A stretch of DNA of 64,000 bases, taken from a virus (taxonomy: Duplodnaviria > Caudoviricetes). Shown in pieces: positions 59,095 through 64,000 of this stretch (position 1 is the first letter of the stretch; each line of letters opens with the position of its first letter). The DNA lies in the IMG/VR virus record IMGVR_UViG_3300026549_000034, positions 96,001 through 160,000 of that record; one strand, 5' to 3'. The position numbers and the translations under genes were made by a program. Under the pieces are notes generated by a model. It searched no databases and had not been told where the DNA came from. It saw nothing but the letters and a program-made list of their open reading frames with translations.

Positions 59095-59553
59095 ATGACA
59101 ATATTTTTGACAGGAACTATAGCTGATACCGCTGATGATTTAGATGTTAAGCGTTTCAATAAGCAAATTTTGGAATGTCAATGGATAATAAATATGGCTG
59201 AAGGAAGAACAAAGCCGTCTAATCATCCAGCATATTTAATGTATAAAGATCATATTGAATGGGTGAAAAAATATCAAGAATGTTTCATTGCCTATAAAGA
59301 TAAAGATTACGGATTATACCAGTCAATATCTAAAACTGCTGAAAAAATACAGCCAAGTTTCATTTGCGAAGATCTTTATAACAATTTTAAAAGAAGACTA
59401 TATACAAAAGATCCAAATTATTATGAAAGATGGGCATATCTTGGAAATTCATATGCAAACTATTATTATGTAGATGGTAATTGGATTAAGTATGAAAATG
59501 GTAAAAAGGAAATAGATAATACATTTGGTAAATTAAAAAATGGAAGACAATAA
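59095..59553 (+). CDS. Pyrimidine-dimer DNA glycosylase/endonuclease V-like protein
   Basis: MTIF...LDVKRFNKQILECQWI...NHPAYLMY...RLYTKDPNYY. Confidence 0.65.
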   Translation: MTIFLTGTIADTADDLDVKRFNKQILECQWIINMAEGRTKPSNHPAYLMYKDHIEWVKKYQECFIAYKDKDYGLYQSISKTAEKIQPSFICEDLYNNFKRRLYTKDPNYYERWAYLGNSYANYYYVDGNWIKYENGKKEIDNTFGKLKNGRQ

Positions 59554-59884
59554 GAAATATCCACTACAACAATGTCAAGATGATACTATAACTACCGCAT
59601 TTAGAAGACTTCATGAACGATTGGTTGATGAAGTCATAGGTTTTTGTCGTGCTTATGATATATCAATTGATGAACTATATTTTAATGCAGATTCATTAGA
59701 AGATTCAATTAAACATGGAAGTTGGCAACCGTGTACTGATTCTTGTCTACAATTTAATAAGTTTACACAAGAATACAAAGATTGTGTAAACATGAAAAAT
59801 GAAGAATCTACACAAAAAATTACTAATTATAATGAATATAAAAGAATTATAAATGAACAAAAACCATTTTTAATAAGTATGTGA
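59540..59884 (+). CDS. Hypothetical protein
   Basis: 114-aa ORF. Confidence 0.65.
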   Translation: MEDNKKYPLQQCQDDTITTAFRRLHERLVDEVIGFCRAYDISIDELYFNADSLEDSIKHGSWQPCTDSCLQFNKFTQEYKDCVNMKNEESTQKITNYNEYKRIINEQKPFLISM

Positions 59885-59910
59885 TGCTTATAGAAAAAAT
59901 TATTAAATGA

Positions 59911-59939
59911 TTGTATTTTTTAGAAATTTATACTATATT
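59911..59939 (+). promoter_or_regulatory. Class A promoter candidate TTGTAT-N17-TATATT
   Basis: 17-bp spacing conserved. Confidence 0.6.
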
Positions 59940-59974
59940 TAATTTATAAGTTTAATAAGTAAATTAAATATTAT

Positions 59975-60799
59975 ATGAAATTTGGAAATGTAGTTTTGCT
60001 TTGCAAGAATTGGTATCAAACGCGTGATCATAACAATTTTGATACATTTTGGATGGATATGGCTCATGCTATTGATGCTGATGGTTGGTCGTGTATTTCT
60101 AAGAATGATGTTTATCTTTGGTGTCTGCATCGTCTTGATGAAATGAAAAATGATGAGAAACTGTATAATATAAGTAATCAACTTACATTATCATATATAT
60201 TTAATGAAGTTGAAAACATGATTCGTAGGGCTTTATGGTATGACAAAAAAGATTTGGATTATCGAGATGCATTGATTTGGGTATATCGGTCAATTATATC
60301 AAATATGGAAAAGTCATATTTTGATGAAGAACTATTACCGAATTCAAATGTACTTCCATTTAGTTTGCATGAAGCATGGGTTGATAATGAGAAATATTCA
60401 AAAAATCCGCAATGGCATCCTGCTCAAATGACTTGTGATTATCTTGAACATGTTAATAATATAATGGCTAATGGTAAAGCCCAAGATATTGATGAAAATC
60501 GCTTCAATCAAATAGAAGCATCTTTATATAAGAATTCATATAAGGATGTCCGCATTCCTATTGGGGAAGATAATTTGAATGACTGTATTGAATTGGAACT
60601 TTCCGCAAGCAATCTGCAAAAACATAATGCAAAAATTGATGGTGAAGACGTTTGGTTTGAAATAGGAGTATTTGACCATTGTAATGATTTGCAATATCCT
60701 AAAAATTTGAATAAGTCATATAAATGCAGATTAAAGAAAACATATGATGATTTCTTTGATGAATATAAATATGAATTGAAATCAGTTCAAGAAATCTAA
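59975..60799 (+). CDS. Hypothetical protein
   Basis: 274-aa ORF. Confidence 0.7.
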   Translation: MKFGNVVLLCKNWYQTRDHNNFDTFWMDMAHAIDADGWSCISKNDVYLWCLHRLDEMKNDEKLYNISNQLTLSYIFNEVENMIRRALWYDKKDLDYRDALIWVYRSIISNMEKSYFDEELLPNSNVLPFSLHEAWVDNEKYSKNPQWHPAQMTCDYLEHVNNIMANGKAQDIDENRFNQIEASLYKNSYKDVRIPIGEDNLNDCIELELSASNLQKHNAKIDGEDVWFEIGVFDHCNDLQYPKNLNKSYKCRLKKTYDDFFDEYKYELKSVQEI

Positions 60800-60806
60800 A
60801 TAATAT

Positions 60807-60835
60807 TTGAATTTCTGTTGTTTTTATACTATATT
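60807..60835 (+). promoter_or_regulatory. Class A promoter candidate TTGAAT-N17-TATATT
   Basis: Exact motif; the next ATG follows the -10 hexamer after only 5 nt. Confidence 0.65.
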
Positions 60836-60840
60836 AAATT

Positions 60841-61038
60841 ATGAAAACAAATATCAAAGTTAGAAATTTCTTAGACAAGCACCGTTTAAATATTACATTG
60901 GCTGCTCATACAGATACAATGTTATTTAGTGAACTAGAAAGACTATTTCAAGAGATGTATGACCTTGGACATTCAGATGGCTGGGCGGAAGGTTATTTAG
61001 ATGCTTTATCAGAAATGAACTATTATGAAAATCTTTAA
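60841..61038 (+). CDS. Small hypothetical protein
   Basis: 65 aa, YDLGHSDGWAEGYLD repeat-like motif. Confidence 0.6.
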   Translation: MKTNIKVRNFLDKHRLNITLAAHTDTMLFSELERLFQEMYDLGHSDGWAEGYLDALSEMNYYENL

Positions 61039-61053
61039 TAAATAAAAAATATT

Positions 61054-62385
61054 ATGTTTGAAATAGTAGGAAAGTATACAAAGGCAATTGTTTATAATGA
61101 TAATATAGAAGATGAAGCGGTTGCACAGATATATGGTATAGTCAATTGTAAAGCTTATGAAGGTCAGACAATACGAATCATGCCCGATACACACTGTGGA
61201 AAAGGGTCTGTCATAGGTTTCTGCTCAACCTTTGGAAAGTACATTGACCCAAGAACAGTTGGTGTAGATGTGGGCTGTGAAATCTCAATGCATCTTTATG
61301 ATAGACCTGTTCCTGCAGATAAGTATGCTGAGCTAAATCATAAGATTCTTAAAGAATGTGGTTGGGGATTCAATTTGTCTCCTAAGAAGATGTATGAAGA
61401 CAAGGAGCTTTATAAGTTTATGTCAACAGAGTTCAGAAAGGCAAAGTCAAGACATCCTGAGAGTTTTGCAGAACTTCCTGATACTGTTACTGAAAAGTGG
61501 GTTATGGATATGCTTAATCGTTTAGGAATGGATCCTAAGACATGGTATTATTCAATTAACAGCTTTGGTGGAGGTAATCATTATTGTGAATATGATGTTA
61601 ATGAAGAAAATAATCTTTACGGAATAACTGTTCATTGTGGTTCTCGAAACTTTGGTGTCAAGGTTTGTAAGTATTGGGAAAATAAGTCAAAAGGTGCAGC
61701 TCTTTCAAAATCAGAGGTGAAAGAATATACTGATTTATTTAAAAAGAAGTATATTGAAGAACATGGACGAAAGAACATGGAAGGCTTTAAGGATGCTCTT
61801 AAGAAATATCTTGATTCAAGGACAGAAGGACATATTGAAGGTTTCTTGACAGGTGATAATATGCTTGGATATTTCTGCGATATGTATACAGCAAGAACAT
61901 ATGCACGTTTCAACCATATTATTCTTCACCGTACTATTGACAAAATAGTTGCAAAGTATGGGTGTAAGGTAATTAAGGAGATTGTTTCTACGCATAATTA
62001 TATTGACTTTGATGAAGATATTCCTATTATTCGTAAGGGTGCTATCCGAGCTTATGAAGGCGAGGAAATGCTTGTTCCTTTCAATATGAGAGATGGCGTA
62101 GCTGTTTGCGAAGGACTTTCAAATTCTGAATGGTTGAATTCCTGTGCTCATGGTGCTGGTCGTAAGATGTCTCGTTCAAAGGCTAAAGAAAATGTTTCTA
62201 TGGAAGAGTTTAAGGAATCAATGAAGGATGTATATTCAACTACAGTTTGCAAGGGAACTATTGATGAGTCTCCTATGGCTTATAAGGACACTAATGAGAT
62301 TAAGGAATTGATTCAGGAAACTTGTAAGATTAAGTTCATGATGATACCTAAGATCAATATTAAAGCAGCAGATGGTGGAGATTGA
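61054..62385 (+). CDS. rtcB: RtcB RNA ligase
   Basis: MPDTH, GVDVGC, GGGNHY, HCGSR, HNY, RKGA, HGAGR, DESPMAYK. Confidence 0.95.
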   Translation: MFEIVGKYTKAIVYNDNIEDEAVAQIYGIVNCKAYEGQTIRIMPDTHCGKGSVIGFCSTFGKYIDPRTVGVDVGCEISMHLYDRPVPADKYAELNHKILKECGWGFNLSPKKMYEDKELYKFMSTEFRKAKSRHPESFAELPDTVTEKWVMDMLNRLGMDPKTWYYSINSFGGGNHYCEYDVNEENNLYGITVHCGSRNFGVKVCKYWENKSKGAALSKSEVKEYTDLFKKKYIEEHGRKNMEGFKDALKKYLDSRTEGHIEGFLTGDNMLGYFCDMYTARTYARFNHIILHRTIDKIVAKYGCKVIKEIVSTHNYIDFDEDIPIIRKGAIRAYEGEEMLVPFNMRDGVAVCEGLSNSEWLNSCAHGAGRKMSRSKAKENVSMEEFKESMKDVYSTTVCKGTIDESPMAYKDTNEIKELIQETCKIKFMMIPKINIKAADGGD

Positions 62386-62432
62386 TTTCTCCATCATTTG
62401 TTACTATTTTAAATAAAATTATAAATACTTAT

Positions 62433-63260
62433 ATGAAATCGCTTTCACAAATAATAAAAGAATCATTTAATAGTACTGACATAAATGAATTTGATTCATA
62501 TATTGTTGAGGGCTTAAATATTGATCCAATATCTAAAACGGTATCATTGACAGATACTCATAGTAATGGTGTTGACTTTTCATTATTAAATAATCCGGTC
62601 TATTCAAAATATAAAGAATATGATGTTATATCAATATTTAAGAGAACTAAGTTATATGATATAGATAATCAGCAAAGAGATGGAAATCCTTTTATATATG
62701 CATTAAAGAATAAATATGGATGGAAATTTAACATAACAAATGAAGAAATCTATAAGTACATTAAAAGATTTTTAACTATTTGTAAAAAAATAAATTCACA
62801 ATATGATACTATTATTGTTACACCATCAACAAGTGATATTAATGAAAAATTCATGAAAGTCATTTCCAATCAAATAAAGTCTAAAGACATATTAAATGAA
62901 TTTTTTGTTAAGTTATCTATTGAAGAAATTATTGATGATGATTTAATTGACAAAGAACAAATACAAAATGACTACCCAAATGAATTCAATAAAGTAATTG
63001 CCGAAATTCACCATAGTTTTAGAAGAATGAAAGGGACATCATTTGAAGCAAAAATAATGAATAAAAAATATTTAAAATATATAAAATACATAAGCACTGA
63101 GTATAATGAAGATATCAGATCAAAAATTGATAATAAAGATATATTGATTTTAGATGATACAATATCTTCAGGAGAAACAATTAGTCAATGTATTAATGGA
63201 GTATTATCAAATTTTGTTCCGAAATCAATTACAATTATAATATTATTATCAAAATTATAA
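62433..63260 (+). CDS. Phosphoribosyltransferase-domain protein (ComF-like) with leader-like N-terminus
   Basis: PRPP-binding loop ILILDDTISSGETI; start re-called to MKSLSQIIKE at 62433. Confidence 0.75.
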   Translation: MKSLSQIIKESFNSTDINEFDSYIVEGLNIDPISKTVSLTDTHSNGVDFSLLNNPVYSKYKEYDVISIFKRTKLYDIDNQQRDGNPFIYALKNKYGWKFNITNEEIYKYIKRFLTICKKINSQYDTIIVTPSTSDINEKFMKVISNQIKSKDILNEFFVKLSIEEIIDDDLIDKEQIQNDYPNEFNKVIAEIHHSFRRMKGTSFEAKIMNKKYLKYIKYISTEYNEDIRSKIDNKDILILDDTISSGETISQCINGVLSNFVPKSITIIILLSKL

Positions 63261-63314
63261 CATTATTATCAAAATTGTGAAAAGCATATCAAAGAAGTAA
63301 AATTTTAATATAGT

Positions 63315-63343
63315 TTGAATTTTTCTATATTTGTTTCTATATT
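63315..63343 (+). promoter_or_regulatory. Class A promoter candidate TTGAAT-N17-TATATT
   Basis: Exact motif and spacing. Confidence 0.65.
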
Positions 63344-63370
63344 ATATATGTAAACAATTAAAAATATATA

Positions 63371-63718
63371 ATGAAAAGACCATTTAATACATACACAACT
63401 ACTCACGGTCATACACTTCCTAAGTCTGCAATTATTCAGACAAGTCCTGAAATTTTAACATGGCTTAAGGAAAATTTTCATTTTGCTTGGACAAATGCTG
63501 GAAAAATGATTGATGAGACTAAACCATATATTGTAATTGGTATAAGTGCTTCACATCAAGGATATATTTATTTTCATATTTCTACTTGTGATGAACGTGA
63601 AATCTCTATGTATGATCCAAATATGATTAAAGACTTTACTGATGAGGAAGCATTCAAGAAGTATTTAAATTGGGCTCGTAAATTTCCTAAGAAACTTGTT
63701 AATATGAAATTTGATTAA
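63371..63718 (+). CDS. Hypothetical protein
   Basis: 115-aa ORF. Confidence 0.7.
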   Translation: MKRPFNTYTTTHGHTLPKSAIIQTSPEILTWLKENFHFAWTNAGKMIDETKPYIVIGISASHQGYIYFHISTCDEREISMYDPNMIKDFTDEEAFKKYLNWARKFPKKLVNMKFD

Positions 63719-63738
63719 ATGAAATTAAATTAATTATT

Positions 63739-63888
63739 ATGAATATATTAGATATTATAGAAGCAATGATTGAATGGAATCTCATTGATTGTTCACGTCT
63801 TTATGATACTGATTATGTAGCCGAAAGAGTTACTTCTTACATAAAGGCTAGAAATTTTGTTCATGAAAACTTTAAATGTTGTTTTTAA
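63739..63888 (+). CDS. Small hypothetical protein (49 aa, not in ORF track)
   Basis: MNILDIIEAMIEWNL...ENFKCCF*. Confidence 0.5.
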   Translation: MNILDIIEAMIEWNLIDCSRLYDTDYVAERVTSYIKARNFVHENFKCCF

Positions 63889-63902
63889 TACATAAATACA
63901 CT

Positions 63903-64000
63903 ATGAAACTTGAAAATGTTAAATTCGGTGATAAATTCATTACTCGCGATGGACGTATTGCTGTTGTCGTAGGTGAGCATAAAACAGTAAGGAAACATTG
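63903..64000 (+). CDS. Hypothetical protein, partial (runs off the window)
   Basis: MKLENVKFGDKFITRDGRIAVVVGEH... Confidence 0.55.
   Translation, partial: MKLENVKFGDKFITRDGRIAVVVGEHKTVRKH

Noticed and set aside
1-64000. Active TAG-to-Gln recoding in this window
   Set aside because: Long genes, including structural and lysis genes, are intact under code 11 and coding density is already high
1-64000. tRNA, rRNA, integrase or transposase genes
   Set aside because: None recognised by eye; intergenic gaps are short and AT-rich. A tRNAscan/Rfam run would be needed to exclude them fully

Overview
Very AT-rich, densely coding segment of a large T4-like (myoviral) jumbo/megaphage genome; no rRNA, tRNA or CRISPR array was seen. 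A Bacteroidota (Prevotella-like) host is inferred from a Bacteroidales-type OmpA gene and the lack of Shine-Dalgarno motifs, and Lak-megaphage affinity is plausible but not proven. Content: ClpX; nucleotide-pool enzymes (dUTPase, GMP reductase-like, Nudix); a tape-measure-like protein, tail and baseplate genes; endolysin; a RimK-retropepsin fusion; a MoxR/VWA pair; a two-subunit type II topoisomerase; RtcB. Two systems stand out. (1) A cytosine hypermodification cluster (39.1-48.7 kb): dNMP kinase, a T4 gp42-like dCMP hydroxymethylase plus a truncated paralog, beta- and alpha-glucosyltransferase-like proteins, a GT-A enzyme, a C5-methyltransferase-like protein, and a dedicated NDP-sugar pathway whose epimerase has allulose-6-phosphate 3-epimerase (AlsE) signatures. 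This predicts an unusual sugar on hmC. (2) A dispersed family of unrelated proteins, including four DUF285 repeat proteins, sharing an N-terminal leader MKxLxxYIxEKLNIK that resembles a T4 capsid-targeting sequence, suggesting cargo packaged in the head and injected. Two candidate promoter classes, CTTAAG-centred palindromic terminators and a recombination scar are also visible. All family assignments are by motif recognition, not database searches.
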